A stretch of DNA of 64,000 nucleotides from Octopus vulgaris. Taxonomy: Eukaryota. Positions 38,550-51,069 of the stretch are shown here, piece by piece. The stretch lies in the NCBI GenBank assembly GCA_951406725.2, contig OX597814.1, forward strand, positions 30,876,001 to 30,940,000, read 5' to 3'. Numbering within the stretch: position 1 is the stretch's first letter; each line of letters begins with the position of its first letter. Under the pieces are notes generated by a model, which was not told where the DNA came from, searched no databases, and worked only from the letters and a program-made list of their open reading frames with translations. The position numbers and the translations under genes are program-made.

Positions 38550-39919
38550 AAGAATTGAAAATTTTATAATACTACTGTGAACGTTTTTTTTTTTATATGC
38601 AGCAATTTTCACCTTTTGGAGAACAATTCCACGGAACTGCCATTAGCGAGAAGGCGAAAAGAAAAATAAAGCAAAGAAAAGAAAAATATAAAATAACAAC
38701 AAAATATGAGTTACTAGAAGTTATTTAGAGATATTTGTACTTCACCCCTTTCTTCCATTGGTTGGGTTTTCTTAAAAAAATATATAAAAAAAAATTGCAC
38801 TCGATGTTCGTTCTTCTTCCATTCTCTGTGTTGTATGTGTAGTTGAGCTGTCAACAATAATAAGCTGTGATATAATAAACGATCACATAATAAGCGGTAT
38901 TTAAAATAATAATTATTATTTGTCTTGTTATTATTTGACAATAAAAGAAAACAACGATGGGATTCTCTTCATCCAAAAGTATTTGGTTTATTTCTTTCTT
39001 TATTGTAACTGCAATGATAATAGCAAGAAATTCAATCACATATGTTGGAACTAATTTCACATAATTAGTTTTTGATTTATATGTATCAGTGCATCTTGTA
39101 TGATATGAAACGGCTGGGACATATGATATATCTCTGGCATATAACTTCATATGTAATTGAATTGACAAAATGAACTCCGTTTAAATCGTACGGATTACAA
39201 GTATATTTAACTGGCGAAACAGAAAGGGCCTAACAAAGGTCAAAGTCAGAAACGAGGTATATAACTCAGGTATCAACACAAACGAAATATAAAACTTTGT
39301 TGTATCACGGAAGGTCATTGTGCCAATAATAAACACACGCACTGCTTCTGTTTTAATATTTTATTACTAGTTAAAAATTTAACTAGTTGAATAATCGTTT
39401 GACTAATCTTTCAGTCAATCAATTAATCAACTAAGTTTCTAAAAGTTATTTCGTTGTCATTTTCGATATCAAAGACATACCCTCTTTACTCCATATCTGT
39501 CTAACACAGGAATTCACATAAAATACTTTACAAATATATAACTATTTATAAGATTAACAAGGACACACAATATGTTAGCGTTCTAAGTAATAAGCCAACA
39601 CCCACTCTCACTCAGAATTTGGAGTGTATGTCCATCTATCTCACTATCTATTTATCTACATAGGAGTATGGAAATAAAAAAAAATTAGGTTGGTTTATGC
39701 GATAGTATTTTTTTTTAAGATACGCAAACCACTAGTCTTCTTTCTGACACATGGATAAAAATAAAGGCATGTTAATGGGATCTGAAAACCAACTCCACAC
39801 TACACACAATCAAAGAGATGCAGGCTGTATGTAACTGAAAAATCTCTTTTATTTTAGATCTCAAAACTTCACTGTACTGCTTAATTCAAGATCTGAAATC
39901 TTTAGTAAATCTAAACATA

Positions 39920-40090
39920 TAGGCGCAGGCGTGGCTGCGTTGTAAAAAGCTTGCTTCCCAACTATGGTTTCGGGTTCAGTCCCACTGCGTGACACTTTAG
40001 GCAAGTGTCCTCTACTATTTCTACTATAGCCTCGGGCCGATCAAAACCTTGTGAGTGGATTTGGTTGAGGGAAACTGAAAGAAGCCCGTC

Positions 40091-40131
<41 letters not shown>

Positions 40132-40320
40132 TGTGTGTCTGTGTTTGTCCCGCCCCCATCACTTGACAACGGATGTTGGTGTGCTTACGTCCCCGTAACT
40201 TAGCGATTTGGCAAAAGTCACCGATAGAATAAGATCTAGGCTTGCAAAGAATAAGTCCTTTGTTCGACTAAAGGCGGTGCTCCCGCATGGCCGCAGTCAA
40301 ATGACTGAAACAAGTATAAA
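39920..40320 (+). mobile_element. SINE family A
   Basis: Aligns to the other copies. Confidence 0.9.
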
Positions 40321-40865
40321 TAGTATTTAGAAATATTTCTCTTGTCGAATTGGAGGACACCACCCCATAAGGACTGAGTGTACATGTTCATTGATTTTGT
40401 CCCCCACCCCCGTTGAATTATTCTGCGCCTGCTATGTTAATTCTGATTTGAATACCATCCATTTTATTTATGATTTCGACGGACAGAGAGGATGGGACTC
40501 AGGTTTTTCTTTCCTTTCTTTTTCCTTTTGCTTTTCTTTTTGTTCCACTTTTTTCTCATTTGCGTTCACCTTACTCGCCTTTTCTCGTCATTTTTTTTTG
40601 TGTTTTTGTAGTCTGTATTTAAATTTTGGGCATATAATATAGATACCTACATGCACACACACACACACACACACATGCGCGCGCATATAACAAAGTAGGG
40701 AGATAAGACTAGGTAGATATCAGTTCAGTTTCAAATTTGGTTCTGACCACACATGGTATTAATTCCAATTGAAGTACTTAATGTAGTAGGTCCTGAGAAA
40801 ATGTAATAAGTTAGACAATGGAAATAGATATAATAATTCTTTATTCACTTATTCATATAAATAAA

Positions 40866-40907
<42 letters not shown>

Positions 40908-40950
40908 CACACACACACACACACACATATATATATCTATATATCTATAA

Positions 40951-41851
40951 CAGGGTGTCTAAAAAATTTGATATCATTTGGGATATAAATATCACAGAAA
41001 CTATATAGTCAAAGCAAATGACACTAAACAAGCTTAATGTTGAGCAGCATAAGATTTATTCCTCTAAATTTGGCTGAGAAATTCAAAGGTATGTGGATTC
41101 CAAGAACGATTTCACAAGTTTTCAATATGTGCACTGCCTGAGACACGGCACTCGTCAATTCAGAAGTCCAGCTGCTTCCAAACACGCTTCAGCATATCTT
41201 GGGTAATAGTCTCCAGTGCAGTAGTGATTCTCTGCTCGAGTTCCTCTAGGTTTGCAGGAAGAGTGTGGGGGACGTGTGGGGGGACATACCCCAGTGTTTT
41301 TACTTTCGCTTGTCATCTGCCATTATGGTCTCAACAACTGGTAGCTTTTAGGGTTTCATTAGCAAGCGTTTCCCGAGGACGCACCAAACTGTCGTTGGAG
41401 ATCTGGGTTTCCAGACTTGTTCTTCTTACGGACTTCTTGGGGCTTCGCATGAGGTTTTGGTGATCTCGCTCGACCGTCTCTTCCGTTGTTATCAAATTTG
41501 GTTCTGACCACACATGGTCATCCAGATCCTTTTACCCTGCACAGACAGCTTTCTTCTTTGAATTTTTTGTGCCATGTCCAAATCTGTATTGCCGCTGGTG
41601 ACGTTTTAGAGGACTCTCTCACAAATGCATGTTGCACAATCTTGTTCGACTGTGTTCGAGCATACTCCAACACAGAAAGCGCCTTTTCTCTTCCAGTGAA
41701 TGTCATTTCTATACTTGAAAAGATAAACATATCAAACATTAAGCATAAAATTTCGATCTGTTTCTACACATACTTCTATAATTTGAAGTCATTTGACAAG
41801 AACTAGCAAAGTTATTAAATTGCGAAATGATATCAAATTCTTTGAAACATA

Positions 41852-41854
<3 letters not shown>
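40951..41854 (-). mobile_element. Internally deleted Tc1/mariner-superfamily element (maT/rosa-like)
   Basis: TIRs cagggtgtctaaaaaatttgatatcattt / aaatgatatcaaattctttgaaacatactc. N-terminal HTH (EKALSVLEYARTQS..WHKKFKE..RSPKKSVRR) and C-terminus (PANLEELEQRITTALETITQDMLKRVW) remain; catalytic core is missing. Confidence 0.8.
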
Positions 41855-41947
<93 letters not shown>

Positions 41948-42254
41948 AAAGTTTCCCAAAAAGAAAAAAACACATTGAAATAAATGACAGAACATATGTA
42001 TTTACGAAGAGTGGCAAATAGCGCATCCAATATTTAAACAGGTGGGTTTAACATGAATAAAATGTTTTTGATAGAGGATCTCGTTGATCAAATCTAATAT
42101 GGAAGTGAGCAACTATAACACCAATAATGTAGATAGGTTAACAGAAATTATGGAAGCTGTCTTTTCTCATTGTACGAACTTATGCAAAATACCAATTATA
42201 GAAAAGGATGAGCATATCTACGCTGCATCTATTTCAGTTTCCTTTTATACTATA

Positions 42255-42649
42255 CTAGCAGTATCGCCCGGCGTTGCTCGGGTTTGTAAGGGAAATAACT
42301 ATATAAGCATTTTTAGAGAGTTATAGCCAAAAAATAGCAAAAAATGCATTAAAAATGGGAAAAAATGATGGTAATTTAAAAACAAAATCGTTGACTCATC
42401 GTAGACATTTTTAGAGAGTTACTTCCCTTATATAATAGTGAAAAAATGCATTAAAATGGAAGAAAATGATGGTAAATCTTTTAAAAATCGTAGACTCGTC
42501 GTAGACGCACGCTAATACCCAGAAGGGCTCGATATGAATCACGACTATAAGATACCCGGTTTTGGTTAAACTGCACCGCAAAATGTGGGAGTAGTTAGGA
42601 ATTTAAATCGTAAGAGACAGACACACAACTTCACTTTTATATATAAAGA
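42255..42649 (-). mobile_element. Non-autonomous Helitron-type element
   Basis: a|TC 5' end, hairpin cccgagcaacgccggg, CTAG|t 3' end, internal ~110 bp direct repeat. Confidence 0.85.
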
Positions 42650-43071
42650 TAGCGTAGTTCGGAGGAAGATGTAGTGCTTATAACCCTCGAAGGTCATAAG
42701 AAAAACGTAGTGGGGAAGAGAATTGTAGTTGCTCCAATATTTCCAGGGTGTTGTCAATATTTGTACATCTTACACTGCAGTGCAAGGACTGAATGACATG
42801 ACACGTTACAGAAAACAAGAAGGGATAAGACCAGTGTGTCGGATGGAAATGGTTGAAGGTGGTATACAACTAGTTCAGAGGAATCGGGGCAGGTTTACTA
42901 TCTGTACAAGATACAAAATTAAAGTGACAATAAAACAGAAGTTATGTAATCACCTTCATTAAATTACAGCTGTTTCTGCATTGAAAAGCAATGCACTCAA
43001 AGCTGAGGACACACATATTTTCACATTCTATGTCAAAAGTCTTCTATAAAGTTATTTTCTGAAATATCTGT

Positions 43072-43298
43072 TTCTTTATTACCCACATGGGGCCAAACAC
43101 AGAGGGGACAAACAAGGACAGACAAACGGATCAAGTCGATTACATTGACCCCAGTGCGTAACTGGTACTTTATTTATCGACCCCCAAAGGATGAAAGGCA
43201 AAGTCGACCTCGGCGAATTTGAACTTAGAACGTAACGGCAGACGAAATACGGCTACGCATTTCGCCCAGCGTGCTAACGATTCTGCCAGCTCGCCGCC
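43072..43298 (-). mobile_element. SINE family B
   Basis: Full length; attttctgaaata duplicated at 43054-43066 and 43302-43314. Confidence 0.9.
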
Positions 43299-43703
43299 CG
43301 AATTTTCTGAAATACCGTTTTAGAATAAGCGTCACTAGAACTCTTCTAGTTGTACATCTTACACTTTAGGGGATATTTGATCGCATTAACAAATTTGATA
43401 ATTCTAGATTCTATGAAGAAAAGCAAAGTTCACAACAACCAGACAGCATCAAAAATAAAATAATCTCCCAACTACATATTTTAATGCAATGCATATCGAA
43501 GATATTTTGACGAAGATTAGGGCGAGATGGTTGATGTTGACACTAGAAAGTTCCAAGAAATTATTCCAAAATGATGGTAAATAGATTTACATTTCGAAAA
43601 CACAAGGTGCTGAAAGAAACAGAGGAATTTGTGAAATAGTACTGCCATAAGGTGAGTAAACAGTGGGCGTGTATATGTGTGTGTATCTAAGTATTTGTGT
43701 GTC

Positions 43704-43749
<46 letters not shown>

Positions 43750-44270
43750 GGAGAGAGATATGATGGGAATGAATGTGAGAGAAATAAAGAGAAAAAACGA
43801 AACACAGACAATGATTCGAGAAAAAGAGCAGACAGAGAAATTGTACAAGATTTTCTATTGTTTCCGCGGAAAATAGAATTAATCAAAATATTGTATTTTT
43901 ATTCATGAAACAATAACAAGATGATAAAATAAAATGCTAAACAGATTATATTGTAAGCAATAAAACGACATTTTATTTGTTTAGGATTAGATTAGAGAGC
44001 GATAATGAAATTGAAAAGGAAATATAAATGATTCGATTGAATAGGCTTTGTGACGCTTATTGATATCGCGAGCAAAAAGCCTTGTATTTCATATTTAGTG
44101 CACCGAAGCAGATTTCACACAAAACCTTTTTACTTTTTACATGATTTAAACTTTGATCCAGTATACATTTTGTGCTGTTGTCATCACCTGATTTATTCTG
44201 AACGTAGTTATTTCCGAATGAACTTGGTATATTTACTGTAAGCAAAAGTGAGCGCGCATGCACACGCACG

Positions 44271-44311
<41 letters not shown>

Positions 44312-44436
44312 TCTCATACAGAGACACTAAACAATTATGCAGTTAATACAAACATTTGTGTATGTATAAAATATAAAGTGAATTTTCGAGCATGAAATAC
44401 TCTATGTATTTCACACATTCACACCATATAACACAC

Positions 44437-44490
<54 letters not shown>

Positions 44491-44628
44491 ACATACACAC
44501 ACACACATACACACACACAGCCACACGCATACACGCACGCGCACACGCACACGCACAATATGCAAATGAACATATATAGCTGTATATCAAATACATGCGC
44601 ATATTACCATTCGTTAACAGGCTTTGAC

Positions 44629-44674
<46 letters not shown>

Positions 44675-44675
<1 letters not shown>

Positions 44676-44950
44676 CGTATGCGTGGCTGTGTGGTAAGAA
44701 GCTTGCTTCCCAGCCACATGGTTCTGGGGTCAATCCTCCTGTATGACACTTTGGGCAGGTATCTTCTACTATAGCTTCAGGCTGACCATTGACTTGTGAG
44801 TGGATTTAGTTGACGGAAACTTAGCGGTTCGGCAAAAGTGACCGATATAATAAGTACTAGGCTTAAAAAGAATAAGTCTTCTGGTCGATTTGTTCCACCA
44901 AAGGCGGTGCCAGCATGGCCGCAATCAAATGACTGAAACAAATAAAAGAA
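44675..44950 (+). mobile_element. SINE family A with the central microsatellite region deleted
   Basis: Head and tail are joined at ggaaac|ttagcgg. Confidence 0.85.
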
Positions 44951-45385
44951 AAATGAATATGCTTGCATGTGTGCATGAATGATCTTTTTCTTTATTACTA
45001 TTCTTTCTAAAATGTGAGAGCTGGTTTCTTAATAGAAAGCAAAAGCTCCATGACCGAAGTTTGGGTTACAATAATTGTTACAGATCAAACTTGAAGAAAT
45101 TCTTGCATGTTTTCACTGTTTCACCTTAAAGATTATATCTAAATTTCATGTTATCCACCTCTTTCTTTGCTTAAAAACCCTGGTTTCGTCGGATTGTGGC
45201 TTATGTATTTACATAACCTAGAGCACCAACAATTATTTTTATTTATAATCCTAGGTAGAGGAGTAGCAGGTTTCCATGCTGCTGTCCACAGATATTCTCA
45301 CTGATTTTAGAAGATATGTTCACATCTGCAGTGTAAGGTATTTGTATGAATATACATAACTTTTCTTTTCTTTCCCAAATAAATA

Positions 45386-46585
45386 CAGGGGTTGGACAAA
45401 ATAATGGAAACACCTTAAAATTTCAAACAAATTTATTTCAATATGGGGTAGGATCGCCTTTGGCAATAATTACAGCTTGAATTCTATGAAATATGGACTC
45501 GCACAAAGTTTCAATTGTTTCCAAAGGAACTTTTGTCCATTCTTTAGCTAAAACAGTCTCCAGTTCTCGTAGCGATTATGGTGGAGGATATCGACTCCTT
45601 ATTTCTTTTTCTAAAATGCATCATAAATATTCAATAATATTGAGATCTGGGGACTGTGCTGGCCAGATAAGATGTTTAACTTCACTAGAATGTTCCTCGT
45701 GCCATTCAGAAACAACTTTAGCTGTGTAAATTGGTGAATTATCATCCTGAAAGATTCCGTTTCCCATCGGAAACAGTTCTGCAACCGTAGGATGAATTTG
45801 ATCGGATAAAATGGTTAAATAGTCTTGACTATTAATTCCGACATGAAGGGAAACAATTGGGCCGGTGGATTTCCAACATATAGCCCTTCACCAGATAATC
45901 ACAGATCCTCTTCCATGTTTAACAGTTGGAAGAAGGTATTCTGTGTCAAATGCTTCTTTTAGCTCTCTCCACACGTATACTCGGCCGGTTGTTGGAAGTA
46001 AGGTAAAGGATGACACGTCAGAGAAAATAACATTCGACTAAGGACCAATTCTGTAGGTTTTTACTCCACTCTAAACACATTGCAAAGTTTGTTTTTGAAA
46101 GTAGCGGTTTTCTGATTGCAGCCCTCCCGTGAAATCCAGCTTTGTACAGCTCCCAGCGAACAGTTTTTGTGGAAACTGGGTTCTCTGGGTGGTCATTAAG
46201 CTCTGCAGTAATTTGGGGAGCTGTACTTTTGTGATCCTTTCTAATAATTCCTGTAAGAGTCCGAGGGTCCCTATCTGAAAGTTTGGGTTTTCTTCCGGAG
46301 TTTATTTTCCACGAGGAGGTTTTTCCCTCTTTCCCAAAAGCTGTCATTACTTTCGAGACAGTACTTCTTGATACACCAAACATTTCGACTGTTTTCGTTA
46401 CGCTAGCGCCTGTCATACGAGTACCAACAATTTGACCTCATTGAAAGCCCGATAGTTCTGTCCTTTTAATGAATTTTGATTACCTTTTTCTGATGATATC
46501 TGAAAATCAACAGCAATTTTAACAAACATATTAAGCAACACTAATTATAAATAAAAAAAAACATAAAAAAACAAGCTTTTGACGG
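45386..46585 (-). mobile_element. Tc1 (DD34E) element with decayed transposase; only one TIR visible
   Basis: TA|caggggttggacaaaataatggaaacac; SGRKPKLS, VIFSD, PTVKHG, IFQDDNSPIY, WPAQSPDLNIIE. Confidence 0.9.
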
Positions 46586-47149
46586 TAGTATCCAGATGAT
46601 AATTTTGGACAGCTGATTACACATGTTATGTTCTCTCCAGAAGAATGACATAATCAATAATTACAGTTATATCTTGAGATTCTAAGAGCTTAATTACTTC
46701 GTTTATTCACGAGCTATTTCCTGCTTTTGAATTGCAAAAGCATGCCCATTAAGACATGACTTGATGCAGAGGTCAGGAATCCAGACGAGACTGCACACCA
46801 TGTTAATATTATCATCATTTTCTAATCTACCAGACACATCCATGCATAACATTTAAATCATATATGAAATGCTGTTCCGTGAATAGCGAGCGGTACACTG
46901 AGACACCAAAAAATTAGAGAAGCTTCTTTAGAGACCAAACTGGGATCTGAAAACGATCTGCATTCACCATGAGAAAACGCAAATCGGAATGGTCGGTGAC
47001 CCTCATTCACCGTACAGACTGGTATAAAATTGCATCAATGACTTGAACTTGAATAAGTGGTTTCACATGAATGGGAATAAATTAAAAATAAAATTAGCGT
47101 GCAGAAATGGAATAGTCCAGATGGATAATAAAAAATTAAATTAAAGAAA

Positions 47150-47560
47150 AGACTATTGTCTATAAAGTATACAATGTAGAATAAAAAGAAGATTTGATCA
47201 CATGAAGGAAAGCACCTTCGTAAAGTGTCTTGGTGCGACTATGAAAGATATTTAATCAGAGGCGGTAAATTCGCCACAATAGAAGCAAGGTTCGAGTCAA
47301 CGGAGCGTGCAAGGGAGTACTCGACTCGAACTTGCAAAGTGGAAATATTTTATTTTTACCTTTATATCTGGGACGTAGGACGTCCCGGAAGAAAATTTAA
47401 AATGACTCCCCCCACCCAGAAGTAGAGGTAGGCTGGATTGTAGCCACACTTCTATACAAGAGCGAGGACAAGATACAATTGATTGAAATTACACATATTT
47501 TGAGTATCGTTATCACTAGCGATATCAAGATATAACTTTGTATTTTGTATTTTATGTGTA
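47150..47560 (+). pseudogene. Decayed non-LTR ORF1-like fragment, homologous to 51080-51620
   Basis: YLIRGGKFATIE..AREYST..YLGRR..PEVEVGWIVA versus YLSWGKKYATIE..ANQYST..YLGRR..PPEMNSCWIVV. Confidence 0.5.
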
Positions 47561-47750
47561 GATGTATATATATACGTTTAAATATTTGTTGTGCAAGAAT
47601 TTTTATGTGAAGTCGTGCGTTGAAACAGATATTGTTATATTTCGGAATGGTCATATTGCCAGTTTAGCCAATAAAAACACACGCACTATATATTTGGTGT
47701 TATTTTGCTTCAGTGTTATTTATTTTTTACAATAATCTTAATCTTATTTC

Positions 47751-47794
47751 GGCCAGAGTTCTTTCGTCACAATCCTGTGACCGCATCAGTGGTC
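47751..47794 (-). ncRNA. Minimal hammerhead-like motif (left arm)
   Basis: Mirror of 47878-47921. Confidence 0.55.
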
Positions 47795-47877
47795 CTTTGT
47801 TTTCTTCTTTCTTATTTGTGTCTCTCCTTACTAACGGTTAGTAAGGAGAGACACAAATAAGAAAGAAGAAAACAAAG

Positions 47878-47921
47878 GACCACTGATGCGGTCACAGGAT
47901 TGTGACGAAAGAACTCTGGCG
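47878..47921 (+). ncRNA. Minimal hammerhead-like motif (right arm)
   Basis: cca CTGATGC g gtcaca ggat tgtgac GAAA g aa c TC tgg; position 9 is C and stem I is short. Confidence 0.55.
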
Positions 47922-48169
47922 AAATAAGATTAAGATTATTGTAAAAAATAAATAACACTGAAGCAAAATAACACCAAATATATAGTGCATGTGTTTTTAT
48001 TGGCTAAACTGGCAATATGACCATTCAGAAATATAACAATAATGTATATATATAGATGTACATGTAATATGTACACATCTATATACAGATATATACATGC
48101 ACTAGCACTATGACCCGGCAACGACGGGTCTTTAATGCTAGTATATATATAAATATATATCTTTGATGG

Positions 48170-48545
48170 ATTGTCTTGTGAACGACAAAAGAGGGTTCTG
48201 TAAGAGAAAGGGGTAATCATTTTATATGGACATACATGTGTCTCTTCAGGTTCTGGTGCCTTGCAAACATTTTGACCAATTGAACAAGTTGAGTACACTG
48301 TTTGCTGAGTGCTTGTGTAGCAGTTACTACATTGTTTTTTTGTTTTGTTTTTGAGTGGACGGCAAGGCATACTTTGCTCCTTGTCACAAAGCCACAATGG
48401 CAGGTAAGGTTTTCATTTAGAGGGTAGCGTTTTGCCAGCGTGCATTCATGCTTGCACAAAATTGTTCCCGATGTCGGAGTCGACTTTGCTCAAATCTTTG
48501 AAATGAGTAGGACTGGCAGCAGGTCGTGCGTTCTGATGAGTATGT
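48170..48545 (-). mobile_element. RTE-type LINE 3' remnant with C-terminal zinc-finger-like motifs
   Basis: RFEQSRLRHRE, then LTCHCGFVTRSKVCLAVH and LKRHMYVH; frameshifted. Confidence 0.55.
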
Positions 48546-48552
48546 ATGTATG

Positions 48553-48602
<50 letters not shown>

Positions 48603-48660
48603 AAAAAATGAAGTTCGAAAATGCTGCTATATTATACAATTTTTAATTTTTATATATACA

Positions 48661-48702
48661 TTCTAACATGTTTCAGTTCCTGAAATGAACCTTATCAAAA
48701 AA
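48661..48702 (-). ncRNA. Hammerhead-like motif with U3-A8 core
   Basis: tttt TTGATAA ggttc atttcag gaact GAAA catg TT agaa. Confidence 0.5.
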
Positions 48703-48995
48703 AGTTATATATAAAAAAAGACAGCTCATGCCGTCAAACACAAGAAATTCATTTACAATATACAACGGAGTCAGACATCTTAAAGTTCAAATATAGTTTG
48801 AAGTAAGTTCATTCATGCTATATGTTCAAAGTGTTCGATGCAGTGGCCCACGGTGGCGATACGTATTCAATACAAAAAAACAGATCAAAGTGGTGGAAAG
48901 CAGTCAATACAGAAGATTGTTGTTCCCGAAAGAGCGAGGAATTCATTTTTACCTTGAGCAATTGTGATGACCCATGGTGGGCGTTCGCTGGGTGA

Positions 48996-49037
<42 letters not shown>

Positions 49038-49228
49038 TATATACATGCATATATGTATGTATGTATGTATGTGCCATTGGATTTTCTAACTATATGAACG
49101 TTGTTGGGCCGTTTAGAAATAACAACTTACATTATTAGGACTAAATGGCAAATATATTACCAAAACAATAAAGAAAAAAATACTCTTAATGTGGAAAGTT
49201 GTGGGACTTATATAATGTTTGTTAGGAT

Positions 49229-49245
<17 letters not shown>

Positions 49246-49314
<69 letters not shown>
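49246..49314. repeat. (GATA)n microsatellite
   Basis: Direct reading. Confidence 0.95.
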
Positions 49315-49315
<1 letters not shown>

Positions 49316-49899
49316 GGAACAACAGAATAGGTGCGGTAGCTTTGTTGATGAATATGTTGATAAATGTGATATTGATGCTGGAATGCAAGTCAGAGTCGCT
49401 AATGACATTTAAATTACTGATAATGCTAGTGCCGTAATGATTATGAGGGAGATGACAATGATAATGTTGAAGATGATAATGAAAGCAGTGATGGTAATAG
49501 TGTCGATAACGTTGATGGTAATGATGGGTAAACATGGTGGCGCTGATGCGATGAATCTCAAGATTACGACGGTGCGGGTGCTGAAGAAGATGATGTTGGT
49601 GGAAAAGATGGTAATAATAATGATGAAAGTGATGATAATGATATGAGGTGATGATGATTTTTTTGATAGTAAAGTTCTGTGTGCTGATAATGGTGTTGAA
49701 AGTAATTAGGGTAATAGTGGATAAGCTGTTAATATAATACAAAGCTATGAAAATAGTGGTAGTGGTGAAGATGATTAGGGTATCAATGATGATATTGCTG
49801 ACGATGATAATGATAATGATGGTGATGTTGATGAGTTGGTGATGATAATTGGGGGCTGTGCTGCAAAGGTAACTGTAGAAGGTGGGGTAAGTTTCTCTA

Positions 49900-50600
49900 T
49901 TCACGAGATGAGTGAAATGGAATGAGGCTATCCTTTTGGACATAGCAGGAAGTACGTACATAGTAGGTACTTGAAATTCATATGTACCTTCACTTTCGAT
50001 TCTTTCTCATTCTTGGTTGTTCCTTCTTTCAGTTACTTCCCAAATCCCTCAACGAGGGTCTCCACATATTGTTACTTGTATTATTTCTTCTTCGATTTGA
50101 ATCTCATCCTTGTTAGAAGCGTCTTGAGATATGACGGTTATCTTCATTTGTTGATGGATAATGATTTTTTTCAAAGTTCTTTGTTGGAGATTCAATGACC
50201 GATGTAGAATTGGGAGGTGTCATTTGGCTGAATGTAGGATATTGTAGTTCTTTGGATTATAGGTGTCTAGAAATCAAATATTTATATTTGCATTTTTGTT
50301 TTCACGCTCTATCTGAAGGTTTCTTCGTGAGACAGAAATTGGGATTTATTTTGCTTTGATTTTCGCATGGTTTATTCACCAAAATATTAAACTACAAGAG
50401 GAAAAAGAAGAATATTTTATACGAATTCTAAATCCGAAAGTAAACTGCGAATAGCAAACGCTATTACTAAAAACATCTTCTATACGCATTAGCCTAGAAC
50501 ATTTGTGTTTGAAGAGTTGCACAACGAAAGTGCTTACACACTTTCTGTTCTTGGAAGATCATTAATTATGCTAAAAATAAACACGTAATGATAATCCAAA
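49900..50600 (-). mobile_element. Decayed Neptune-type PLE (linker and Zn-finger region)
   Basis: TYNPKNYNIL..LPIL..PSYLKTLLTR, ICGDPR, KVKVHMN; boundaries approximate. Confidence 0.55.
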
Positions 50601-51006
50601 GATACAAAATTTGTTTCAACATGATTTCATATCATGAATCTTGCAAACCAAATACCGTTGTAGACTGTAGTACATAAAAGGATGAAAATGAACACTGCCA
50701 ATATTTCAGTAACAAGCTAATCGAAACAGCTCTTAAGAGCGCGTCATTTAAGCAAATCGGTGTATCCCATTTTATAAAAAAAATACCTAAGTAAATCGTT
50801 CCTAAAAGTACGATTGCTATTGTGGTGAATCAGGGACGCGTATTGAGTTTCTGGTAATATACCAATCATAATGGCAACTGGAACAGTAATTATTTGACCA
50901 AGTATGATATATAATAAAAATAGACCACAAAGGTTTAGGACTCTATAGTATATATAAAGTTATTCTGTAGTTCCTAATATCACCAGAAAGGAAACCCTGC
51001 TAACGA

Positions 51007-51069
<63 letters not shown>

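Larger units (their letters stand above)
47630..48041. repeat. Near-perfect 412 bp palindrome made of a hammerhead-bearing module
   Basis: Arms 47630-47835 and 47837-48041, 1 nt spacer; two substitutions and one indel by eye. Confidence 0.95.

Noticed and set aside
48217-48459. Host C2H2 zinc-finger gene exon
   Set aside because: Fingers are broken and frameshifted and follow an RTE-like C-terminal motif.
49113-49961. 282 aa His/Ile-rich ORF (and the poly-His ORF at 60406-60627)
   Set aside because: Degenerate (GAT)n, (GATA)n and (CAC)n repeats; no domain or exon evidence.
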